NCBI GenBank assembly: GCA_965248925.1
Contig: CBDFLE010000006.1
Span: 4,448,001 to 4,512,000, forward strand
From: Candidatus Multivoradales bacterium
GTDB lineage: Bacteria; Acidobacteriota; Thermoanaerobaculia; Multivoradales; J023
DNA: 64,000 nucleotides
Reading direction: 5' to 3'
Shown: positions 9,950-19,610 of the stretch, in pieces
Layout: each line of letters starts with the position of its first letter
Numbering within the stretch: the first letter of the stretch is position 1
Notes under the pieces: model-generated
Databases searched by the model: none
What the model was told of the DNA's origin: nothing
Seen by the model: the letters and a program-made list of their open reading frames with translations, nothing else
Position numbers and translations under genes: made by a program

Positions 9950-11350
9950 TCAAAATCGATCCGCCGAGCGCACTTCTTCGAGCAGCGCGTTGCACCAGTT
10001 GTATGGATAGCTACAGCGGCCGGACGGGTCGGGAGCAGTGTGATCGATACCGCCGGCCTCGAACCACTCGCCAGCATTTGACACTACGATCAGAGTCTGC
10101 AGCGGCGTTTCTCCTTCGATAATCGGCCGCCAGGTGTTGTTGTAGCCGGAGCGCAGCATGCGCCGCCAGTCGGCGATTCCGCGCAGGTTGTAGATCACTT
10201 CGATATCGCGGGTCGTGCAACCCGGTAGGTCCGCTCGCCGGGTATCGATCTGGCTGGTGACGCCGGGCCAGATCATCAATGGCTGGCGATTGGCGATCAG
10301 CTCGCGGCGGGTCTGGCGATAGCGTTGATGAATGCGTTGCGCCCACTGCTGCATTGGCGGCTGGCTGCCATCGTTGGAGATCCTGAAGCCCCTGGCGCGG
10401 AAGTTGTCGAAAAAGCTGTACCAGGTCAGTGCCACCGCATTCTGGCCGAACACTTCGACAATGTCCGGGTCATAGGAGGCATTGACGTTGTTCTCGGTGC
10501 GGGTGCCCCAGAAGATCATGTCGAGCATGAAGGCGGGGCGGCCGATGCCAAGGCCGCGGTAGGTGGCGGTGAGTTCTTCAAGCCAGGCCCGCAAAGCATC
10601 GGCGTTGCGGGGCCGGTCGGCGAACTCGCGCGCGATGTAGATACCCAAAATCGGCCGTGGAAGGCCGACTTCATCAAGCACTCTGTGTCCATTGGCATCT
10701 TCGAGAAAGGCGTAGCCACCTGCCCCTTGGGTGTTCATGTAGGGCGAGATCAAGGTCTCGGCAATGTCGCGAAAATCGCGCCGTAGTTGTTCGGCGAAAG
10801 CGCTATCGCGGGCCAAGTCGAAGTTGATCACCCGGCGTTGACCGGCGTTGATGGCGCAGGGAGGGAAAGGGCACAGCACCAACTTGGACTCGCGCGCGGT
10901 GGTGACGAAGAGATCGTAGTAGGCGAAGAATTCGATCCGCGCTTCGACAGCTTGTCCGGCCAGCACTTCAAGGTTGGATCCTTCGAAAGAGTCCGGTAAT
11001 CGGTCGGTGACCAGAAAGGCCACTCCATCGACGCCGTGAGCGCGCAGGCGGTCGTATTTTCGTCCGTAGTAGCCGCCGCTCGACAGATAGTCCGAGCTGG
11101 TTAGTTCTCCTTGCGCCGCCCTCGGCTTGGCGCGAGTGCAGGCCAAACCACGTTGGCTGAGACGTCCTCGGGAGTCGCGGTTGGGGGTGTACCAGGAGAA
11201 ATCGGTGACGAAAAGTTTCGGCCGCCGGTCGAGCTGAATAGTGAGTTCGGAATCCTGGGCCTGGGCCGTCGTGGCACCAAGGGCCGCGGTTAGGGCCAGC
11301 GCCAGCAAGGCGGGGATCCAGAATGGGCGGTGGGTCCGCTGATCGGTCAT
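9950..11350 (-). CDS. Secreted protein, possible GH99/GH71-like TIM-barrel hydrolase
   Basis: Signal peptide (AQA|Q); FSWY, HGVDGVAF, FFAYYD, IWPG, SNAGEWFE motifs resemble GH99/71-like folds. Confidence 0.45.
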   Translation of the reverse strand: MTDQRTHRPFWIPALLALALTAALGATTAQAQDSELTIQLDRRPKLFVTDFSWYTPNRDSRGRLSQRGLACTRAKPRAAQGELTSSDYLSSGGYYGRKYDRLRAHGVDGVAFLVTDRLPDSFEGSNLEVLAGQAVEARIEFFAYYDLFVTTARESKLVLCPFPPCAINAGQRRVINFDLARDSAFAEQLRRDFRDIAETLISPYMNTQGAGGYAFLEDANGHRVLDEVGLPRPILGIYIAREFADRPRNADALRAWLEELTATYRGLGIGRPAFMLDMIFWGTRTENNVNASYDPDIVEVFGQNAVALTWYSFFDNFRARGFRISNDGSQPPMQQWAQRIHQRYRQTRRELIANRQPLMIWPGVTSQIDTRRADLPGCTTRDIEVIYNLRGIADWRRMLRSGYNNTWRPIIEGETPLQTLIVVSNAGEWFEAGGIDHTAPDPSGRCSYPYNWCNALLEEVRSADRF

Positions 11351-11535
11351 TGCGAGCTCTCCTGAAAACTTCGAAGCCTCCCAATCCCAACGCTAGCCTG
11401 TCGACCAACCCACAACCCCGCACTCCAGGCGCCAGACCCAACTCTGCTCGGTAGTCTCCGATCAAGTCCCTTGAGAACCAGCGGTCCCCAGGGCAAAGAT
11501 CCTTAGAAAATGGCGGGAATCAAAGGAAATCGCCT

Positions 11536-12603
11536 TCAGCATATCATATTCCGCCCAGGATGGGCCGATTCTCGGGGCTTCACCGGCTCCACCGCGGTCG
11601 GGCGTTCATCGAGAATCTGGTCCGGAATTCCGCCCATCGCCGCTTCGAGAACCTCTGGCCCGGCACCTGGGCGATGGGCGTTGCCGCTGAGAAAGCGCTT
11701 CCAATAGCTCGTTCCAGGGCGACCGGCGAACAGGCCGAGGAAGTGGCGGCTCAGCCGCAGTAGTGGGGTCCCAGCGCGGCAGTGAGTCTCGACATACGGC
11801 AATAGAGCCTCGACTATCTGGCGGCGGCTGGAGCGAGGCAGATGGCTGCCAAAGACCCGCTGGTCGGCATCGGCGAAGAGATAGGGGCGGTCATAAGCGG
11901 CGCGGCCGATCATCACCGCATCGACCTGGCGCAGATGCTCGGTGGTTTCGTCGAGGCTGCCGACGCCGCCGTTGATCTCCACCGCTAATTCGGGGCGCTG
12001 CTGCTTGAGGCGGTAGACGTCGGCATAGCGTAGGGGTGGGACTTCGCGATTCTGTTTAGGGCTCAGACCCGACAACCAGGCCTTCCTGGCGTGTACGGTG
12101 AAGCGGTCGCAGCCAGCGGTGGCCACCGTATCGACAAAGTGCAGCAGATCTTCAAAGCTGTCGCGGTTGTCGATGCCGATACGGTGTTTGACCGTCACCG
12201 GCAGCTCAACCGCCTGGCGCATCGCTGCCACCGCCCGCGCCACCCGCTCAGGCTCGGCCATCAAGCAAGCGCCGAAACGTCCTTGCTGGACCCGGTCGCT
12301 GGGGCAGCCGACATTAAGATTGATCTCGTCATAGCCATACTCAGCGGCGAGGCGGGCACACGTGGCCAGCTCCTCAGGGTCGTCGCCCCCGAGTTGCAAA
12401 GCGAGCGGCCGTTCGCGTGGGTCGAAAGCCAGCAGTCGTTCGCGGTCGCCATAGAGCAGCGCGCCGGTGGTGATCATCTCGGTGTAGAGCAGAGTGTGCT
12501 GGCTGATCAGGCGTAAGAAAAAGCGAAAATGCCGGTCGGTACGGTTCATCATCGGCGCCGCCGACAGCGGCCGGGGGACTCGCTGGTGGCGACTGTTAGT
12601 CAT
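11536..12603 (-). CDS. dusA: tRNA-dihydrouridine synthase DusA
   Basis: APMMNRTDRHFR, LYTEM, EINLNVGCPSDRVQ.GRFGACLM, VHARKAWLSGLSPKQNREVPPLRY. Confidence 0.95.
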   Translation of the reverse strand: MTNSRHQRVPRPLSAAPMMNRTDRHFRFFLRLISQHTLLYTEMITTGALLYGDRERLLAFDPRERPLALQLGGDDPEELATCARLAAEYGYDEINLNVGCPSDRVQQGRFGACLMAEPERVARAVAAMRQAVELPVTVKHRIGIDNRDSFEDLLHFVDTVATAGCDRFTVHARKAWLSGLSPKQNREVPPLRYADVYRLKQQRPELAVEINGGVGSLDETTEHLRQVDAVMIGRAAYDRPYLFADADQRVFGSHLPRSSRRQIVEALLPYVETHCRAGTPLLRLSRHFLGLFAGRPGTSYWKRFLSGNAHRPGAGPEVLEAAMGGIPDQILDERPTAVEPVKPRESAHPGRNMIC

Positions 12604-12819
12604 GCTGGGTGTAGGGTGGGTTGGACATCTTGAAGCACCGAGATCTGGATCCAGACGGCCTTCCGCCGTCCTAGTGGCGAGACGGCTCGTGAGAATACTA
12701 CCGGCCACGCATTGCCATGCGCCTAGCGCGCAAACGGCCGCCCTTGTAAGGCGGCCGTTTGCGGCATCCAACGTGGCAAGGCACTTGTCGCCGTCGGATC
12801 TGCTCTAGATAAGGCTGAG

Positions 12820-14544
12820 CTATTTCCCCTTCTGCTCTTCGCGCCACTTCTTGTGGGCAATGGCGCTAGCTTCCCAAGGCTTGCGCTCGAAATAGCTCTT
12901 GGTCAGCTTGACTACCGAGCCGGAAAGCACTACCAGGGCCACCAAATTGGGGAAGGTGACGATACCGAGGGCTATGTCTCCCAGCATCCAGACCGTTGGC
13001 AGGGCAACAACGGCGCCGAGGAAGTGAGCGATGATGAAGATCACTTTGTACGGCAAGATGGCTCTCTTGCCGAAGAGGTAGTTGGCGCTGCGATCGCCGT
13101 AATAACTCCACGAGATAGCCGTGGAGATGCCGAAGAGCAGCACCGACACCAAGACGATCATTCCGCCCCAATCGCCCAACGGAGACAGCCCTTTCTCGAA
13201 GGCCATCTGAGTCAGTGGCGCGCTACTCTCTACCGCCGGTCCCCAGAGGGCCTCGAAGGTTCCACCGGATAGATCGCTGGCGGTACCGCTGCGAGGGTCG
13301 ATGCTGCCGCTGAATGGTTGGTTTAAGTTTTCGTCGAGGTAGAAGTTGTCGACCACTACTTCGTGCCAGGCGAGGCTGGTGTTGCCTTGCGGTTCGCCAT
13401 CGAGGACCTCGAAGGCGGCCGGCTCACCGGCGCTGGCGATGTAGGAGACATCACCACCATTAAGCTCCAGGCGAGTCGGGATGCGGTCGTCCCAAACCCC
13501 GGTGATGAGAATCGCCAAACCGGTCATGGTGCAGATGACCAAGGTGTCGATAAACGGCTCTAGCAGCGCTACGACTCCCTCCGAAACCGGTTCGTCGGTC
13601 TTCGCCGCGGCGTGGGCGATCGGCGCCGAGCCCTGACCTGCCTCATTCGAGAACAACCCCCGGCGTACTCCCCACATCATGGTCACGAGGATGGCGCCTG
13701 TACCGGTGCCGGCAATGCCGGCTGAGGGGTTGAACGCCTCGCGGAAGATCAAGCCGAAGGTGGGCAGAACGTGACTCGCGTTGAGCACCAGGATAATCAG
13801 CGCGCCGAGCACGTAGATGGTCGCCATGACCGGTGCCAGGATACCGGTGACCTTGCCGATTCGGCGGATGCCGCCGAGAATCACCGCTCCCACCAAGATG
13901 GCGGCGAGCAAGCCGGTGATCCAGGGCGCGATGCCGAAGTTGCTGTGAACGATGTCGGCTACAGTGTTGGCCTGGACCGCGTTGCCGGTCAGGAACGACA
14001 CCAAGATCATGGCGCCGGCGAAGAATGCCGCCACCGGCTTGCCGAGCATCTTCCACTTGGCGCCCAGGCCCTTCTCGATGTAGTACATCGGGCCGCCGGA
14101 GACCGACCCGTCCCAAGCCTTGGGGTCCGGATCGTCGAAATCGACCTGGCGGAAATGCTGCGCCAGGGTGACCTCGGAGTATTTGACCGCCATGCCGAGA
14201 AACGCCGTCATCCACATCCAGAACAGCGCTCCAGGGCCACCCCAGTGGATCGCCAACGCCACTCCGGCGATATTGCCAATGCCGACGGTCGCCGACAGCG
14301 CGGTGGTCAGCGCCTGGAAGTGGGAAACGTCGCCAGGTTCGTTCGGATCGTCGTACTTGCCGGAGGTAACGGCGAAACCGTGAGCCAAGTGCCGCAGTTG
14401 GATGAAGCCCAGTCGCAAGGTGAGGAAGACGCCGGTACCGAGCAGGGCGATGACGATGAAGGGAATAGTCTGGTCATCGACTGGAATGCCCCAGCTCCAG
14501 ACGACCCACTCGAGCCATTCGATGATCCTGGTAAAGATGTCCAT
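12820..14544 (-). CDS. Sodium:alanine/glycine symporter (AGCS family)
   Basis: SHFQALTTALSATVGIGNIAGV, GGPMYYI, RGLFSNEAGQGSAPIAHAAA, WSYYG. Confidence 0.95.
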   Translation of the reverse strand: MDIFTRIIEWLEWVVWSWGIPVDDQTIPFIVIALLGTGVFLTLRLGFIQLRHLAHGFAVTSGKYDDPNEPGDVSHFQALTTALSATVGIGNIAGVALAIHWGGPGALFWMWMTAFLGMAVKYSEVTLAQHFRQVDFDDPDPKAWDGSVSGGPMYYIEKGLGAKWKMLGKPVAAFFAGAMILVSFLTGNAVQANTVADIVHSNFGIAPWITGLLAAILVGAVILGGIRRIGKVTGILAPVMATIYVLGALIILVLNASHVLPTFGLIFREAFNPSAGIAGTGTGAILVTMMWGVRRGLFSNEAGQGSAPIAHAAAKTDEPVSEGVVALLEPFIDTLVICTMTGLAILITGVWDDRIPTRLELNGGDVSYIASAGEPAAFEVLDGEPQGNTSLAWHEVVVDNFYLDENLNQPFSGSIDPRSGTASDLSGGTFEALWGPAVESSAPLTQMAFEKGLSPLGDWGGMIVLVSVLLFGISTAISWSYYGDRSANYLFGKRAILPYKVIFIIAHFLGAVVALPTVWMLGDIALGIVTFPNLVALVVLSGSVVKLTKSYFERKPWEASAIAHKKWREEQKGK

Positions 14545-14648
14545 GCAGATCTCTCCTCAAGGGTCCCGGTATCGTCGGCGGACCGCGTCGAGCGGTGGAC
14601 GGTGACGGGACATCGTTCGGTTTTCGGGTTCGGGCAGTGTAGGTTCTA

Positions 14649-15319
14649 TCATGCGCTGTCGGGTCGGCAAAGATCGACGGTGCTGAGATCGAGTTCCATT
14701 TCGAGCTGGCTGATCGGCTGGTGATGAAAGCCGAGCTGGCGGAAGAAGTCGTCGGCCAAGCATGCGGGTAGTCGTGTCGGAACCTGCCAGCCGCGCTGCG
14801 GGAATCGGCGTTCGAGGGCTTCGAGCAGCCGCCGCCCCCAGCCCTGGCGCCGCTGTTGGCGGCGGACGACACAGGGTCCCGTGGAGGCCGCTCGAAGCCC
14901 ACCAGCCGGCGTTGTTCGTTGAAGCCAATGCTGCGGTAAAGCGACTCGGCGACCTCGTTCTGCTCGATCACTTCCAGGATTAGTCGCTGGAAGCCGAGTG
15001 CCGCCAGCCGCTGGCAGCAGCCTTCGATCAGCAGGCGGCCGATACCGGTTCCGCGCCGCGACTCGATCACTCCCATTCCCGACACCCGGCAGGCGTTGCC
15101 CCGCGGCGATACCAGAATAATGGCGACCGGCTGGCTATCAATGCGGGCGACCCGACTGAGATGTAGATCGGTCGAATCGATGCGCAGGCGTTGGGCGAGC
15201 AGCTCGGGAGTGTCCCGGACCTCGACGAAGTAGCCGGCGAACGAACGGGTGAAGAGTTCGGCGAGTTCGCTCACGGGAAACTCACTGGCGGGCACAAACT
15301 CAAGCTTGGCGGCGGGCAT
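14649..15319 (-). pseudogene. Tandem GNAT acetyltransferase with internal deletion/frameshift near 14870
   Basis: First GNAT domain intact (RRGTGIGRLL...LYRSIGF). A different frame 14870-14649 reads VVRRQQRRQGWGRRLLEAL...FFRQLGF...QLEMELDL*, the C-terminal half of a second GNAT domain. Confidence 0.7.
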
Positions 15320-15335
15320 GGGCCGATTCTAGTCC

Positions 15336-17150
15336 TCAGTTCCAGCGCAGCGGGGTGTAGATCACCCGGCCTCTCTTTGGGTCGCGCAACTCGATCGTCA
15401 CCACGCCGGCTGCCCCCTGCAAGCCGCTCATGTCGAGGCTCAGCAGGTAGTGCCCGGTCAAAGTAGCGGCCAGTTGTTCGGTGGCGCGGCGGGCGAATCG
15501 GTGGGTGCGGGCGTAGGTGCCGCCGGTCGAAGCCGCGACATTCTGCAAACCCACCTCCAGCGAGTGGAAGTCGGCATCGGTGACGTCGAGCACCGAAACG
15601 GTGACTCGAGCGGCGGTCAGGGCGCGCACCGCCGGGCGGAACTCGGCGGTCATCCGTACCCCGCCGGCGCCAAAACGGCCCAATCCCCAGCCGAGATAGA
15701 TCAGATCCTTGGCGCCGTCGAGTGGAAAGAGGGCCTGGGCGGTGACGTGCAAGGCCCGCTCGGGGGTGGCAACGTCGCGGGCGGCGGCCTGATTCCAATG
15801 CTCTAGCAACGACGGGCCACGGCCGCGGCGGGGCGCTGGCTCGCCGCCAAAGCGGATCGCCTTTTTCAGGATCTCGCTGATCTGCTGGCGGTCGCGGCTG
15901 AAATCGTGCCACAGGCGCAGGTGCGAGTCGAAAGTCACCACCGCCACGTAGTCGTTGGGATGCAGGGTGTCGAGCAGCTCCGCGACCATCGGTAGCAGGC
16001 GTAGCTGACCGGTAATCCGGAGGGCGTTGAAGTCGGACTGAATGTAAATCACCACCAACTTGCCAGGGATCTTCTCGGCGGCGATGCCGGAACTGGCGAT
16101 CTCTGCCAAAGTCAGATCGGTGTCGGGGGTGAGGCTGTCGAAACTCTGCCAAGAAGAGAGCCAGTCGACCGCTGAAATCGGCACCTCACGCTTCTTGATG
16201 CGGGCGCGAAAATCACTTGGGGCGAGATCGGGGAGTGGCTGGCCCCGGCTGTCCACCACCCGAGCTTCGACGGTCACCAAGTCGACTGAGATCTCGTCGG
16301 CAAACCCATAGGGAGGGTAGAAATTGCCAGCTTCGGCGTCACCGGGACGCTCGAACGAGTTCACCCGCCGAGCGTCGTCGGGGGGGCTGAAGGTGATGGG
16401 CTCGGCAGTCGGTAGCGCGGTGGTTAGGAGGTCGTGCTCGACACGGATCAAGATCTCTTGGTGGTTGGCTGACCAACCCGCGCCCTGGGTCGGCAGCCAG
16501 CTCGCATCGAGCCGAGTTTCGACCCGCCGCAGCAGTCGCGAAGAGACTTCGATCCACAGCGAGGTTTCCTCGCCGGTGGCAAGGCGCGAGGTTTCGAGCA
16601 AGTAGCAGGAGTTCGCTCCAGCTGTTGCCGCGCCTTGCTCACCGCTATCGTCGTCGCAAGGTAGCGGCCCGTCGACATAGGCGGCCTCAGGGTCGGATAG
16701 AGGTTCGACGCTCCCCAGTAGAGTGGCCAGCACGGCCAAGCCTTGGTAGGTGCCATCGCCAAACCCGCGCGCCAACTCACCGGCCAGGGAATCAACGGCC
16801 TGGTACTGGCCGAGTTCGGCGTCGTAGTGGAAGGCCCCGTCAGCACCTCGCCACAGCACATGGTCGCGCCCCGCCTGGTTGCCTTCGAGTGCGACTTGCC
16901 AGCGCAGGTCTTCACCTTGAACGACCGTCTCGAAGCGTAGCAAGGTGCGAAGTTGAGTTCCCTCTGCAGTCGTTGCCAGGCGCTCCAGCTGACCGTGATC
17001 GTGGTAGTGCTCGAGAGCTTGATAGGCGGCTCGGACCTCCTCGAGCAGTTCGAAGGCAGTCGGCCGTTCGGCTGCCGCCGCGCTCCATCCAGAGGTTCCC
17101 AGGAGGATTGAAAGGAGCAGAAGCGAACGGGCGCTGGCAGAGCGAGACAT
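15336..17150 (-). CDS. Secreted protein with LolA-like N-terminus and VWA domain (acidobacterial VWFA-related type)
   Basis: Signal peptide; EISVDLVTVEARVVDSRGQPLPDL...DF, DYVAVVTFD, LQNVAASTGG, HYLL motifs. Confidence 0.7.
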   Translation of the reverse strand: MSRSASARSLLLLSILLGTSGWSAAAAERPTAFELLEEVRAAYQALEHYHDHGQLERLATTAEGTQLRTLLRFETVVQGEDLRWQVALEGNQAGRDHVLWRGADGAFHYDAELGQYQAVDSLAGELARGFGDGTYQGLAVLATLLGSVEPLSDPEAAYVDGPLPCDDDSGEQGAATAGANSCYLLETSRLATGEETSLWIEVSSRLLRRVETRLDASWLPTQGAGWSANHQEILIRVEHDLLTTALPTAEPITFSPPDDARRVNSFERPGDAEAGNFYPPYGFADEISVDLVTVEARVVDSRGQPLPDLAPSDFRARIKKREVPISAVDWLSSWQSFDSLTPDTDLTLAEIASSGIAAEKIPGKLVVIYIQSDFNALRITGQLRLLPMVAELLDTLHPNDYVAVVTFDSHLRLWHDFSRDRQQISEILKKAIRFGGEPAPRRGRGPSLLEHWNQAAARDVATPERALHVTAQALFPLDGAKDLIYLGWGLGRFGAGGVRMTAEFRPAVRALTAARVTVSVLDVTDADFHSLEVGLQNVAASTGGTYARTHRFARRATEQLAATLTGHYLLSLDMSGLQGAAGVVTIELRDPKRGRVIYTPLRWN

Positions 17151-17263
17151 TGGTAGAGTTTATCAAAGGCGGCCGCGGATCCTGAGCGACTGGTCCTGCC
17201 GCACGCGCTTCTGGTCCCGATCCGGGCGCTGAACCTGGAAGTGCTGGTAGGCTGCGCCTCCCT

Positions 17264-17354
17264 CGACCTTCGAAGAGGGTGGTACTCAAGAAGATACCTA
17301 AGAAGGACCCGATGAAGATACCTAATCGTCACCGACCTCCGAAGAGGGTGGCAC
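17264..17354. repeat. Nested short direct repeats in a divergent intergenic region
   Basis: cgacct(t/c)cgaagagggtgg(t/c)ac at 17264 and 17333; gaagatacctaa at 17290 and 17314. Confidence 0.7.
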
Positions 17355-17397
17355 CTAGACCAACCCGGTTCGAAGGTCTTTCTGCCAAGAGATCTGC

Positions 17398-19563
17398 ATG
17401 CCGCCAAGGTTGATTTTCCACCATCGTCTAAGGGTTGCTCCGCTGCTTGCTAGCCTCGTCGGGTGCCTGCTCATCGGCTCGCTCGCCGCCGCTGAGCAAT
17501 CGATCGCCGAGGCAGCAGGTGCTGCGACCTCCTCGGCGCTGGTGGCAGAACCTTCGACCCTGCGGCAGGAGCTGCGGGCGCTCATCGGCAGCGCCCGCGA
17601 TCGGGTGTTTCCGGCGTTGGTTTCGATCGAAGTGCTGACCGAGGTTTACTACGGTGGACGGCGACTCACCGGCCATGTTGCTGGTAGTGGCACGTTGATT
17701 TCGGCGGCGGGAGATGTACTGACCAACCAGCATGTCACCCAACGCGGGCAGCGCTTTCTATGCACGCTGTCGGATCGTCGCGAAGTCGAGGCCGATTTGA
17801 TCGGTGAAGATCCGCTGACCGACCTGGCGATCTTGCGTTTGCGCTTGGACGAGCTGAGCCCTGGCGAACTGCCGGTGGCGCATCTCGGTGCCTCGGCCGA
17901 CCTGGAGATCGGTGATCATGTGCTAGCCATGGGTTCGCCTCTGTCGTTGTCGCGCTCGGTCAGTCTGGGCATCGTCTCCAACACCGAGCGGGTCTTCGCC
18001 GGTGGCCTGTTTGGTGGAGAGATCGACGACATGGAACTCGAGCAAGGCCAGCGTACCGGTCTCTTCACCCGCTGGATTCAACACGATGCGCTGATCAATC
18101 CGGGCAACAGCGGCGGGCCGTTGGTCAATCTGGCTGGCGAAGTGGTGGGGGTCAACGAACTCGGGGGCAATGCCATTGGCTTCGCCATTCCCAGCGATCT
18201 CGCCGAGCGCGTCGCCAAGGCATTGATCGAGCATGGGGAAGTGCCTCGTAGCTGGCTGGGGTTGAGTTTCAAACCGATTCGCCGCACCGGTTTGGAGCAG
18301 GGCGTGCTGATTAATTCAGTGGTGGTTGAGGGGCCTGCAGAACGTGCCGGAGTGGCCGCGGGCGATGTCTTGATCAAGTTCGAGGGAGAGCCGTTGACGG
18401 TTCGTTTCGCCGAGCAGCTGCCGGCGTTGCTCGATCGCATCGCCAGCTTGCCCATCGGCAGCACGGTGGCTTTCGAAGTGCTGCGCGATGGCGCCAGCCT
18501 GACCGCTGAGATTGTGACCGAGCGCCTGAATAAGGATTTGGGCGACGAGAAAGTGCTGGTTTCCCTGGGCATCTCGGCGCGCCAGATCACTGCCAAGATG
18601 GCTCGTGATCGCCGCCTCAAGACGACCTTCGGAGTGCTGGTTTCCGGGGTCCGTTCTGGCGGCCCGGCGCAGCTGGCCGAGCCGTCCTTGCAGCCGGAGG
18701 ATGTGCTGTTGGCGGTGGATTCACAACCTTTGAGTGACCTGCGGCAGCTGAGCACCCTGCTCCGTGGCCTCTCAGACGGTGGCCTCACGGACCGCGATGT
18801 CACCGAGGGTGAGCCGCAACCCCTACTGGTCGAGTTTGAGCGCCGCGGTCGCAACCACCTAACCTTGATCGAACCGCGACGGCAGAAGGATCGGGAAGAT
18901 CCGCCGCGGGAGTTGCCCAAGCCGTGGATCGGCATCGAGACTCAACCCCTGTCGTTGCAGTTGGCAGAGCGTTTGGACCTTGGTGGCCAACGCGGCTTCC
19001 GGATTACTCGGGTCTATCCGGGCACCGAGGCCGAGCGGGCCGGGTTGCTGGCCGGTGATGTGCTGGTGGGGCTCGACGGTGCGACTCTGCAACCTAGTAG
19101 TGATGAAGATAGGGGCTTGTTACGGCGCCTGATCCGTCGCCGCGAGATTGGCCAAATGGCTGAACTCGCACTGCTGCGTGACGGTCGGTCGGTGCTGTTG
19201 TCGGTAACTTTGGAACGCACCCGATTGAGCAGGGCGGAAGCAAGGCGCCATCGAGACGAGGACTTCGAGATCTCGGTGCGCGAACTGACGTTCTTCGATC
19301 GCGACGAGAATCGCTGGGACGAGGATCTCCGCGGCGTTCTGGTCGAACAGGCTGAAGCGGGTGGTTGGGTGGGGCTCGGAGGGGTTCGCGCCGGTGATGT
19401 GGTGCTGCGCTTCGCCGATCGGCCGGTGCGCGGCCTGAAGAGTTTTCGCAGTGCTCTCGCCGCGGTCAAGGAGGAGCGGCCGCAGCGGGTAGTGATGGTG
19501 GTGCTGCGGGGTGTCCGCACTCGTTTTCAATATCTGGAGCCGGAGTGGACGCCGGCCGGCTGA
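17398..19563 (+). CDS. HtrA/DegP-like serine protease with about four PDZ domains
   Basis: TNQHV, TDLAIL, DALINPGNSGGPL catalytic triad; repeated (G.)PAE.AG...GDV PDZ motifs. Confidence 0.9.
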   Translation: MPPRLIFHHRLRVAPLLASLVGCLLIGSLAAAEQSIAEAAGAATSSALVAEPSTLRQELRALIGSARDRVFPALVSIEVLTEVYYGGRRLTGHVAGSGTLISAAGDVLTNQHVTQRGQRFLCTLSDRREVEADLIGEDPLTDLAILRLRLDELSPGELPVAHLGASADLEIGDHVLAMGSPLSLSRSVSLGIVSNTERVFAGGLFGGEIDDMELEQGQRTGLFTRWIQHDALINPGNSGGPLVNLAGEVVGVNELGGNAIGFAIPSDLAERVAKALIEHGEVPRSWLGLSFKPIRRTGLEQGVLINSVVVEGPAERAGVAAGDVLIKFEGEPLTVRFAEQLPALLDRIASLPIGSTVAFEVLRDGASLTAEIVTERLNKDLGDEKVLVSLGISARQITAKMARDRRLKTTFGVLVSGVRSGGPAQLAEPSLQPEDVLLAVDSQPLSDLRQLSTLLRGLSDGGLTDRDVTEGEPQPLLVEFERRGRNHLTLIEPRRQKDREDPPRELPKPWIGIETQPLSLQLAERLDLGGQRGFRITRVYPGTEAERAGLLAGDVLVGLDGATLQPSSDEDRGLLRRLIRRREIGQMAELALLRDGRSVLLSVTLERTRLSRAEARRHRDEDFEISVRELTFFDRDENRWDEDLRGVLVEQAEAGGWVGLGGVRAGDVVLRFADRPVRGLKSFRSALAAVKEERPQRVVMVVLRGVRTRFQYLEPEWTPAG

Positions 19564-19610
19564 GCAACGTCCTGAGCCGCTGCAAGAGCGGATGGATCAG
19601 AGGACCCTCG

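Noticed and set aside
17264-17354. Possible mini CRISPR array
   Set aside because: Only two 22-bp copies, the spacer is itself repetitive, and there are no cas genes in the window
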